This document shows, piece by piece, positions 50,821-58,802 of a stretch of 64,000 bases of DNA (position 1 is the first letter of the stretch; every line of letters starts with the position of its first letter). Position numbers and translations under genes: made by a program. The stretch covers positions 64,001 through 128,000 of the forward strand of contig CAXXHA010000032.1 in the NCBI GenBank assembly GCA_963662265.2. Direction: 5' to 3'. This DNA comes from Spirochaetia bacterium (lineage in GTDB: Bacteria; Spirochaetota; Spirochaetia; CADAEX01). The notes under the pieces are model-generated. The model was not told the DNA's origin, searched no databases, and saw nothing but the letters and a program-made list of their open reading frames with translations.

Positions 50821-50972
50821 AAAACCATACTATCATTTAATATACAGAGTGATAATTTATAAAATCATATTATTAATAATATTTGCAATTTTTTTCACAA
50901 TCAATGTTTAAAATAGATAAAATTATTGATCCCATAATTGACTAACAAATAATTTTAAGGGAAATTATTACT

Positions 50973-51698
50973 ATGAGATCAGTACCAGAAAAACTAAAAG
51001 AACGTTATACGTGGTTCAAGAAGCATTCAGCCCTTGAAAAAACACCGGGATTCGCGCTTGAGATTATTTCAGATGACAAGCCGGGGCTGATATCAGACAT
51101 GTCGGCAGTAATTTATGAAAACGGCGGCAACCTGGCATTTTTCCAGTCATGGAATGAATATGACGGAAAACCGCATACACTGCTGCAGATCGACAATGAC
51201 TGCTGTGAAAAGACAATAATCGAAAAACTTTCAAAAATCAGAGAGATAAATTCAATAAAACATATCCCTACAAATATTAACACCTGGGGAAAAAGAATAA
51301 TCATAATCGGCGGAGGTGCACAGGTTGCAAGTGTTGCCTCTGGTGCTATAGCAGAAGCTGACAGGCACAATATACGGGGAGAAACCATATCTGTTGATAC
51401 AACAGCGATTGTCGGTGAAAAAGAGATTGCAAACACAATTCTTGCAGTTGGGAAACTTCACCGTGCGGGAATGCTTGTTCTCGCAGGGGCCCTGATGGGC
51501 GGCAAAATCACCGAAGCTGTAAAAACACTGAGGGAAGAATACGGTATTCCGGTTCTTGCGCTGAGCATGGCAGGCTCTGTTACAGAAGAGGCCGACCTTG
51601 TAGTTACAGACCCTATTGAAGCAGGTGTAATGTCAGTAATGCTGATAAGCAATGTCGGGAAATTCAACCTTCTTAAAGTCGAGGGTAACCGGTATTAG
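50973..51698 (+). CDS. ACT-domain plus DUF5612-like protein (family typical of euryarchaeal methanogens)
   Basis: N-terminal ACT (DDKPGLISDMS...GGNL); KRIIIIGGGAQV, EADRHNIRGETISVDT, LVLAGALMGG, DLVVTDP. Confidence 0.75.
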   Translation: MRSVPEKLKERYTWFKKHSALEKTPGFALEIISDDKPGLISDMSAVIYENGGNLAFFQSWNEYDGKPHTLLQIDNDCCEKTIIEKLSKIREINSIKHIPTNINTWGKRIIIIGGGAQVASVASGAIAEADRHNIRGETISVDTTAIVGEKEIANTILAVGKLHRAGMLVLAGALMGGKITEAVKTLREEYGIPVLALSMAGSVTEEADLVVTDPIEAGVMSVMLISNVGKFNLLKVEGNRY

Positions 51699-51707
51699 AA
51701 AGCGGGA

Positions 51708-52008
51708 GCCTTGAAAACCTTCTCAGGTTTTCTCCTTCCGGCATCTGCATTCGGAAATTGCTCTTTGGGAATTTCCTAACAGATGCCTTGAAAACCTTCT
51801 CAGGTTTTCTCCTTCCGGCATCTGCATTCGGAAATTGCTCTTTGGGAATTTCCTAACAGATGCCTTGAAAACCTTCTCAGGTTTTCTCCTTCCGGCATCT
51901 GCATTCGGAAATTGCTCTTTGGGAATTTCCTAACAGATACCTTGAAAACCTTCTCAGGTTTTCTCCTTCCGGCATCTGCATTCGGAAATTGCTCTTTGGG
52001 AATTTCCT
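51708..52008. repeat. Tandem array of 3.9 x 77-bp internally palindromic units
   Basis: Units start at 51708, 51785, 51862 and 51939 (one G>A difference); the last unit is truncated at 52008. Confidence 0.95.
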
Positions 52009-52262
52009 CGTTATTTATTGAAATTTTAGTTAGATGCTCTATACTTATATATATGACATATTGTTATTTAAAAAATACAAAAAGCTTCATGTCATCAATC
52101 AGCAAAATTTTACACATCTTGAGTCTCTGCTGGATACATCTGCAAAAAAAATCTGGAAAACATCACAATTTTCTCAGTTTTACCGGATGTATGAATTTCA
52201 AGAGGAATTTTCCAATCTTTATTCCGGAGATTGAAAGATACCATGTTGAAAAGGAGCTGTAA

Positions 52263-52643
52263 ATGAATATTGATTTTATTTCAATCGGGACAATTTCCAT
52301 GGAAAAATCAATCAAATTTTATCAGGATGTCCTTGGTTTCACACTTTATGATAAATATTCTCCTGCACAGGATGTCGAAATAGCATTTCTGTCTGATAAC
52401 CATGGAACCAAAATTGAACTTATCAGCAAAGTGGAACTGGAAGAAAGTATACACAGCAACATCTCCATTGGATTTGAAGTGGATGACATAAACTCAACAA
52501 AGGAACACCTTGAACACAATGGTGTAAAAATAATTTCAGGCCCTGTAAAACTTCCGCATAATGTGTTTCTGCTACATGCCGAAGATCCAAACGGAATAAA
52601 ACTGGGATTTGTTCAGCATATCAAGGTAAAGGAAACAAGCTGA
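52263..52643 (+). CDS. VOC/glyoxalase family protein
   Basis: MEKSIKFYQDVLGF, IELI, IGFEVDDI, EDPNGIKL; AAGGAG SD. Confidence 0.88.
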   Translation: MNIDFISIGTISMEKSIKFYQDVLGFTLYDKYSPAQDVEIAFLSDNHGTKIELISKVELEESIHSNISIGFEVDDINSTKEHLEHNGVKIISGPVKLPHNVFLLHAEDPNGIKLGFVQHIKVKETS

Positions 52644-52759
52644 ATATTCTGATGCAGGTTGTTATACTGCTGCAAAATAACGGTTTTACCCGGGATATCA
52701 GCTGTATTTTTGATACAGAGAACAATGTTTAAATAATACATCTAAAGAGGTGAATAATA

Positions 52760-53107
52760 ATGCAGTATATTGAGACTTTCAAGGTAAAATCATGCAGCAG
52801 AATAACAATCAACTATTATAAAAATAATACTGATGCAAGAAAAGGGAAAAAGCCGAAAAGCTGTGAAACATATGATAAAGATGTAATTACAGAAATCCTG
52901 TCTTTACTGAATACAATGCCTGACAAGGGGGATATAATGGTCAGCTGGGGAAAAGTCCCTGTGCTGGAAGTCTTATTACATGATAAAAATGCATATTTCA
53001 GCTACTATAACAGAAAAATAAAAACCCCTTCTACATCTTTTTATTCTAATGATCCGGCAGAAGAAAAAAAACTTTATTCCTTATTAATGAACCAGCTTGG
53101 GAAATAA
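52760..53107 (+). CDS. Hypothetical protein
   Basis: 115-aa ORF with GAGGTG SD; no recognised motif. Confidence 0.6.
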   Translation: MQYIETFKVKSCSRITINYYKNNTDARKGKKPKSCETYDKDVITEILSLLNTMPDKGDIMVSWGKVPVLEVLLHDKNAYFSYYNRKIKTPSTSFYSNDPAEEKKLYSLLMNQLGK

Positions 53108-53297
53108 TTATTCATAAGTGGATAAAATAATATTGCTGAAGTCCTTTTCCTTCAAAACAGACATATGACTTTTTTATATCAATAAGGCTGCAAAGGCAGT
53201 CTGTGATTTCCTGCACACAGCAGTCTTTTTCCGCTGAAAATTCACTTACCTTTACGGATGTTGTAACAACTTTATCAATAATGTATTATTACATACC

Positions 53298-54122
53298 ATG
53301 AACAGCAAAGATAAACAGATAAAATGTAACTATCACACACATACTTACAGATGCAAGCATGCATCAGGAACTGCAGCAGATTATGCTGACAGCGCAGCTG
53401 AAAAAGGGTTGGATGTACTGGGATTTTCAGACCACAACCCTTTTCCCGATGACAGGTGGAATGATGTCAGGATGGATTTCTGTGAACTGGATGATTACGG
53501 AAAGGAAATTGATTCGCTCAAAAAGCGTAAAGATATTATCATCCTGAAAGGGATGGAATGCGACTGGGTAAGTGAATATAAAAACTACTTTAAAGATGAT
53601 CTTCTTGGAAAGAGAAACTATGATTATCTGGTAGGCGGCATGCACTGGTTCCGGGTTAAGGGAGAATGGGTATTCTGCTATAATGAGAATGCGAAAGGCA
53701 ATCTTAAATATTATGCAGAGCATATGATAGAAATGATGGAATCCGGCATATTTGAATTCATTGCGCACCCGGATCTTTTTTCACGATTTACAGATAAATG
53801 GAGTGATGAAACAGATTTCTATTCACGGGAAATCTGCGCAGCAGCAGAAAGCTGCAATATACCTCTGGAAATAAACGGTTACGGATTCAGAAAACCTAAA
53901 ATGGATTTTGAAGACGGAAGGCGTTTTGCATATCCGCACCCCAGGTTCTGGGAAATTGCATCAGATTATAAAATAAAAGTTCTCTGTAATTCCGATGCTC
54001 ACAGACCGGAAGATGCAGATGCATCCATAGATCTGTGCTGTGAAATTGCGGAAAGGAACTCGCTTGAATATGCAGACCTTTCATACCTGAACAGAGGGAG
54101 AAAAAGAAAAAAATATGCTTGA
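53298..54122 (+). CDS. PHP-family phosphoesterase (histidinol-phosphatase HisK/HisJ-like)
   Basis: NYHTHT..C.HA, GFSDH, GMECD, AHPD, LEIN, NSDAH. Confidence 0.85.
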   Translation: MNSKDKQIKCNYHTHTYRCKHASGTAADYADSAAEKGLDVLGFSDHNPFPDDRWNDVRMDFCELDDYGKEIDSLKKRKDIIILKGMECDWVSEYKNYFKDDLLGKRNYDYLVGGMHWFRVKGEWVFCYNENAKGNLKYYAEHMIEMMESGIFEFIAHPDLFSRFTDKWSDETDFYSREICAAAESCNIPLEINGYGFRKPKMDFEDGRRFAYPHPRFWEIASDYKIKVLCNSDAHRPEDADASIDLCCEIAERNSLEYADLSYLNRGRKRKKYA

Positions 54123-54630
54123 TATTCTAAGAAAAAGAAAATCTGTCAGAATTTTCGACGGCAGGGCTGTAGAAAACAGTAAAATTGAAAAGCTTTTGGA
54201 AGCTGCCCTGCTCTCCCCTTCATCAAGAAATCATGATCCCTGGGAATTCATTGCTATAACTGACTCCGGCAGGATAAAAAGCCTTTCAGAGTCAAAAAAA
54301 TCAGGATCATCTTTTCTCAAACAAGCGCCGCTTGTTATTGCTGTAATAGCAGATAAAAACAAAAGCGATGTCTGGGTAGAAGACTGTTCCATTGCATCGA
54401 TTATTATCCAGCTTGAAGCGGAAACCCTTGACCTGGGGTCTTGCTGGGTCCAGATAAGAAAAAGGGAAACAGAAGAAGGAGTTCTTTCAGAAGATTTTGT
54501 CAGAAATGTTCTTGCAATTCCGGAAAACTATGCAGTACTTTCTCTCATAGGCCTGGGGTACCCGGAAAAAAGGGAAGAGAGAATACCAAAGTCAACAGAA
54601 GCTGATAAACTGCATTTCAACTCTTTTTAA
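54115..54630 (+). CDS. Nitroreductase family protein
   Basis: KRKSVRIF, SPSSRNHDPWEF, LGSCWV, IGLGYP. Confidence 0.9.
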   Translation: MLDILRKRKSVRIFDGRAVENSKIEKLLEAALLSPSSRNHDPWEFIAITDSGRIKSLSESKKSGSSFLKQAPLVIAVIADKNKSDVWVEDCSIASIIIQLEAETLDLGSCWVQIRKRETEEGVLSEDFVRNVLAIPENYAVLSLIGLGYPEKREERIPKSTEADKLHFNSF

Positions 54631-54681
54631 TAAACCTTTTTATTTCTGAAGTTTTGGAAAACCAGGGAAAGACTGGAAGAG

Positions 54682-55320
54682 TTATTCAGAGCGGTGCTTC
54701 AGCATTACTGACATTATCGCGTACCCTTCAGAAAGATCTTCTTCAGTAACAATAATATCATCCGGCAGCTGCAGTTTTGCAGGGGAAAAATTCCATATAG
54801 CTTTTATTCCCGAATCAACCATTTTTATCGCGGCTGCCTGTGCATTTGCAGAGGGTACAGATAATATCCCGAGTTCTATATTGTTTTCCCTGATATAGTC
54901 ATAAAGTTCATTCATGTTATGTATTCTTACAGATCGAACTGTTTTCCCGGTTTTTTCGGGATTATTGTCGAATGCCGCAATTATCCTCAGTCCATGCCGT
55001 TTAAATTCATGATATCCAAGCAGCGCCTCTCCAAGGGAACCTGCCCCGACCAGTACAGCCCTGGTATCCCTGTCCCACCCGAGGAATTCTTCGATTGAAG
55101 CGATCAGATCCTTGACCAGGTATCCTCTCTTGGGCCGTCCTACAATATTGGTAAATGTAAGATCTTTTCTTACCTGTATTGAATTTAAATTAAGCCTGAA
55201 ACCTATATCTGTTGCAGATATCCATTCAAAATCCATCTGGTCATACTCATAGAGAAGCCTCAGGTAATATGGGATTCTCCTGATTGTAGGGACCGGGATA
55301 TCAACATTTTTATTAATCAT
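54682..55320 (-). CDS. rex: Redox-sensing transcriptional repressor Rex
   Basis: PTIRRIPYYLR, QVRKDL, G...RGY, VGAGSLG, IWNFSP. Confidence 0.93.
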   Translation of the reverse strand: MINKNVDIPVPTIRRIPYYLRLLYEYDQMDFEWISATDIGFRLNLNSIQVRKDLTFTNIVGRPKRGYLVKDLIASIEEFLGWDRDTRAVLVGAGSLGEALLGYHEFKRHGLRIIAAFDNNPEKTGKTVRSVRIHNMNELYDYIRENNIELGILSVPSANAQAAAIKMVDSGIKAIWNFSPAKLQLPDDIIVTEEDLSEGYAIMSVMLKHRSE

Positions 55321-55349
55321 AATCCACCATTATTTGAAATAGTAATATA

Positions 55350-55382
55350 AAACAGCACTTCCGTGACAGGAAATGCTGTTTA
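55350..55382 (-). terminator. Hairpin between the OCD-like gene and rex, likely end of the hydroxyproline operon
   Basis: AAACAGCACTTCC-GTGACA-GGAAATGCTGTTT. Confidence 0.65.
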
Positions 55383-55412
55383 TCACGATAAATCAACCAT
55401 ATTTACCGCTGA

Positions 55413-56384
55413 CTAGAAATCAATTTCAAATCCTATCTTTTTTTCCCTGCATTTTTCATAAACAGCTTTTGCAGCGTAGAGGTCAAACAATGCCATACCC
55501 ACTGTCTTGAAAAATGTTGTACCGTATTCGCCTCTTTCAGGTTCTCTTCCTGAATTTATGAAATTTCCAAGAGTTTCAATCTGATCCTCTTTTATTGTTC
55601 CCTCTTCAAGGGGAATGAGAATTTCACCTGATTCCTCTTTTGCAAAATCAATATCCACCCAGACCTTATCTGTCAGGCTGAATATTGCATCGGTGAATTC
55701 CCTTACTTCAGGCTGAAAAGATCCCACAGCAACGAAATGCTTATTCTTCAAAAGTTCAGGATCATCAGGAATTACAGGATCCTTTGCAGTTGTTGTAGTA
55801 ATAACTATATCAGATTTTTCAATCAGTTCATTTACTGTTTCTGAATGAAAGACATTAAGCTCGGGAAGAGCCTCTTTGAGCCTGTCTGTAAAAGCCGGGA
55901 GACCTTCAGGAAACATATCATACAAGTACACATTTTTAATATTTCTTGCACTGCATGCAGCAATAACCTGATAAAACCCCTGTACACCACAGCCGATTAT
56001 ACCGAGTGATTCAGAATCCTTTCTTGAATGATGTCTTACACTCACACCCCCGCAGGCACCTGTTCGAAGTGCAGTAATAATTTTCCCATCCATTATTGCG
56101 AGGATTTCTCCCGTATCCGGATCATTAAGCATTATTCCGCCGTTGATTGTAGGCTTGCTGTATTTTTTATTCCCCGGAAACAGGGTAAGTATTTTTGTAG
56201 CTATATCGCCCTTTGCCACACATGGCATCAGTAGCAGTGAATTGCTATCCTTGCAGTCAATTGTGACACGTTCAGGCATTATATAATCTTTTGATTCATA
56301 TATTCTGAGAGCCTCTTCCACACTGTCCATGATTTCATTCATTGTTACAGCTTCCAAAATATTTTTCTGGTTCAGTATTATCAT
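55413..56384 (-). CDS. Ornithine cyclodeaminase/mu-crystallin family protein (imine reductase or cyclodeaminase)
   Basis: LLMP, TKILTLFPGN, ITALRTGA, IIGCGVQG, VGSF, FKTVGMALFD. Confidence 0.88.
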   Translation of the reverse strand: MIILNQKNILEAVTMNEIMDSVEEALRIYESKDYIMPERVTIDCKDSNSLLLMPCVAKGDIATKILTLFPGNKKYSKPTINGGIMLNDPDTGEILAIMDGKIITALRTGACGGVSVRHHSRKDSESLGIIGCGVQGFYQVIAACSARNIKNVYLYDMFPEGLPAFTDRLKEALPELNVFHSETVNELIEKSDIVITTTTAKDPVIPDDPELLKNKHFVAVGSFQPEVREFTDAIFSLTDKVWVDIDFAKEESGEILIPLEEGTIKEDQIETLGNFINSGREPERGEYGTTFFKTVGMALFDLYAAKAVYEKCREKKIGFEIDF

Positions 56385-56404
56385 TATCCTTTCCTTAATT
56401 ATCC

Positions 56405-57967
56405 TTATTTATCCTTTAATTCCGCCTCTATTTTTTTCGAGGTCTTTGTAATTGACAATCCGCCTAGTGCTGTGCAGCGCAGTTCGCATGGAATACTCTT
56501 TCCCACTTTATCCATGGTATCAATCACCTCATCAACACTGACTACATGATCAAATCCTGCAATTGCCATATTTACAGAAGATAAAGCATTTGAAGCAGCC
56601 ATTACATTCTTACCCAGGCATGGAACTTCAACCCTGTTGGCAACAGGATCACAGATCATTCCGAGAATATTCTGAAGCGCCATTGAAACAGCTGCCAATG
56701 ACTCATTCAGTGGCAGATCGGCAATTGCAGAAAGAGCAGCAGCAGCCATCCCGGATCCTGCTCCGCATTCAGCCTGGCACCCCCCCACTTCTGCTGAAAA
56801 AGTTGCATGCTGTGCTATGAAAACGCCTATCATTCCGGCAGCAAGCAGGGCTTTAGCCATTACATCTTCCGAAAGGTTCATTTCATCAGCCGCACCTATT
56901 ACAGCTCCGGGGAGGCCTCCGCAGGATCCGGCTGTGGGAGCAGCCACAATTACACCCATGGAACTTTTAATCTCCATCAGTGCTGTTGTATAAAGTATTA
57001 TCCTGTTTAAAAGCCCGCAGTTAAGAAGTTCATCACTGTCCATTTTCGCCTTGAAACTGCCTGACTGATAACCGAGTATTCTGTCGCGGTATTCTGTTCC
57101 GGCAATCCCCGCTCTAATGGATTTCCTTAAAACAGCAACAATATCTTTCATCTTCACGAATACTTCATCTTTTGAAATATTTCCCCTTGCAGATTCATAT
57201 TCGAGTGCAAGTTCCCAGAGTTTAATATTTCTGCTGCTGTTGTATTTCTTCATTTCATCAGCAGTAATAAACGGAACAGATATATTTTTTCTTGAAAGAA
57301 CAGGCAGGACAGGTTTCAGCTCCCGGATTTGTCTGATTTCATATTTTTCAGCAATTTCCTGTTTTATACTGTCCGGCAGAAAAGATGATGATTTAATTTC
57401 AAAAAGACAGCCATTCCTGCTTTCAGTCTTAACAATAAATTCATGATCTGTTTGTCTTTCAAGATAATCATCTATTTCACTGTCATATTTATCTGTAAAA
57501 ACAAGTGTCTCAAAATAGTCTCCGCAGACAGATATTTCAAAACCGTCTATATCAACTATCTCAATCATACCGCCGCCTGTTGAGACAGCAGTTATTCTAT
57601 GTGATTCAGTCTTGTTGCTGAGTATTATCAGGTATGTATTCGGATGATCATAATTGAGTTTTTCAATTTGGATATCAATATCAAGCCCGGCTTCTTCAGC
57701 TCCCTTTAAATAGTCTACAAGTCTTTCATCAGAAGGCTCCCATCCCAGGAACCCTCCGAAAAGCCCCATATCAGAGCCCTGTGTATCATGAGTTGTGGCA
57801 AGAGAACCATCAGGATCGAATTTTATAGTTATATCTGATATTTCACCACCCATAAGGTCTCTTGCCAGAAGGCCGATTCTTACAGAAGCGGCACAGTGGG
57901 AACTCGAAGGCCCCCTCATAACAGGTCCGATCACATCGTTGAATATACTTGGATACATTTTTACCAC
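56405..57967 (-). CDS. [4Fe-4S] L-serine dehydratase-family enzyme, fused beta+alpha chains
   Basis: GPVMRGPSSSHC (beta); STGGGMI; IVAAPTAGSCG, GGCQAECG, LGMICDPVANRVEVPC, RCTALGGL (alpha, cluster Cys present). Confidence 0.85.
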   Translation of the reverse strand: MVKMYPSIFNDVIGPVMRGPSSSHCAASVRIGLLARDLMGGEISDITIKFDPDGSLATTHDTQGSDMGLFGGFLGWEPSDERLVDYLKGAEEAGLDIDIQIEKLNYDHPNTYLIILSNKTESHRITAVSTGGGMIEIVDIDGFEISVCGDYFETLVFTDKYDSEIDDYLERQTDHEFIVKTESRNGCLFEIKSSSFLPDSIKQEIAEKYEIRQIRELKPVLPVLSRKNISVPFITADEMKKYNSSRNIKLWELALEYESARGNISKDEVFVKMKDIVAVLRKSIRAGIAGTEYRDRILGYQSGSFKAKMDSDELLNCGLLNRIILYTTALMEIKSSMGVIVAAPTAGSCGGLPGAVIGAADEMNLSEDVMAKALLAAGMIGVFIAQHATFSAEVGGCQAECGAGSGMAAAALSAIADLPLNESLAAVSMALQNILGMICDPVANRVEVPCLGKNVMAASNALSSVNMAIAGFDHVVSVDEVIDTMDKVGKSIPCELRCTALGGLSITKTSKKIEAELKDK

Positions 57968-57973
57968 CTGTTA

Positions 57974-58780
57974 TCAGCCGAGTTTTGAGGCTTTTTCTCT
58001 GCAGGCCCTTACAGCATCTATGACAGAATATCTGAAACTGTTTTTTTCAAGAACCTGAACTGCCTCTATAGTTGTACCGCCCGGTGAACAGACCATGTCT
58101 TTAAGTTCGCCCGGATGCTTTCCTGTTTCCCTTACAACTCTGGCTGAACCGAGTACAGCCTGAGATGCAAGCTTATATGCAGTTGCCCTTGGAAGTCCCT
58201 CAAGGACTGCCCCGTCTGCGAGAGCTTCTATAAACATATAGACATATGCCGGAGATGAGCCTGAAACAGCAGTACAGACATCAATATACTTCTCATCAAT
58301 TACTTCTGTTAAACCGAAGCTCTGGAATATTTTTTCGACATATCCCAGTTCTTCATCTGTTACATTCCTGCCCCTGCAGAGAACGCTCATCCCTTCTCCG
58401 ACAAGAGCGGGAGTGTTAGGCATTGTCCTGATGACTTTAACAGGGAATGAGAAGTATTTCTCAACCGATTCAACAGTTATACCTGCTGCAATTGTAACAA
58501 TGACTGTTTTCTCAGACACCTTTTTATTGATTTCATCAAGAACATACTTGTATATATCCGGCTTTACAGCAAGAATTATTATTTCTGAATTCTCAGAAAG
58601 CCTGCAGTTATCAGCAGTCACATCAATTCCCGGAAAATCCTTTTCCATTAAAGAAAGAGATTCCGGGTTTTTATCAGAAACAATTATTTCGCCGGCACAG
58701 GCAAAACCGGAGGATATAATTCCCCCGATAATTGCCCGGCCCATGTTTCCGGTACCAATTATTCCTATTTTATATTTCAT
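57974..58780 (-). CDS. proC: Pyrroline-5-carboxylate reductase
   Basis: IGTGNMG, LAVKP, RTMPNTP, SGSSPAY, VCSPGGTT. Confidence 0.96.
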   Translation of the reverse strand: MKYKIGIIGTGNMGRAIIGGIISSGFACAGEIIVSDKNPESLSLMEKDFPGIDVTADNCRLSENSEIIILAVKPDIYKYVLDEINKKVSEKTVIVTIAAGITVESVEKYFSFPVKVIRTMPNTPALVGEGMSVLCRGRNVTDEELGYVEKIFQSFGLTEVIDEKYIDVCTAVSGSSPAYVYMFIEALADGAVLEGLPRATAYKLASQAVLGSARVVRETGKHPGELKDMVCSPGGTTIEAVQVLEKNSFRYSVIDAVRACREKASKLG

Positions 58781-58802
58781 TTAAACACCTTTATCTTAAG
58801 TT

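Noticed and set aside
50883-50900. Possible Rex operator TTGCAATTTTTTTCACAA
   Set aside because: The right half is perfect but the left half has three mismatches in very AT-rich DNA; too weak to call.
51708-52008. 77-bp palindromic repeats as a CRISPR array
   Set aside because: Whole units are identical with no unique spacers, and there are no cas genes in the window.
51912-52262. ORFs 51912-52262 and 52034-52234
   Set aside because: One begins inside the tandem repeat, and neither has an SD or a recognisable domain.
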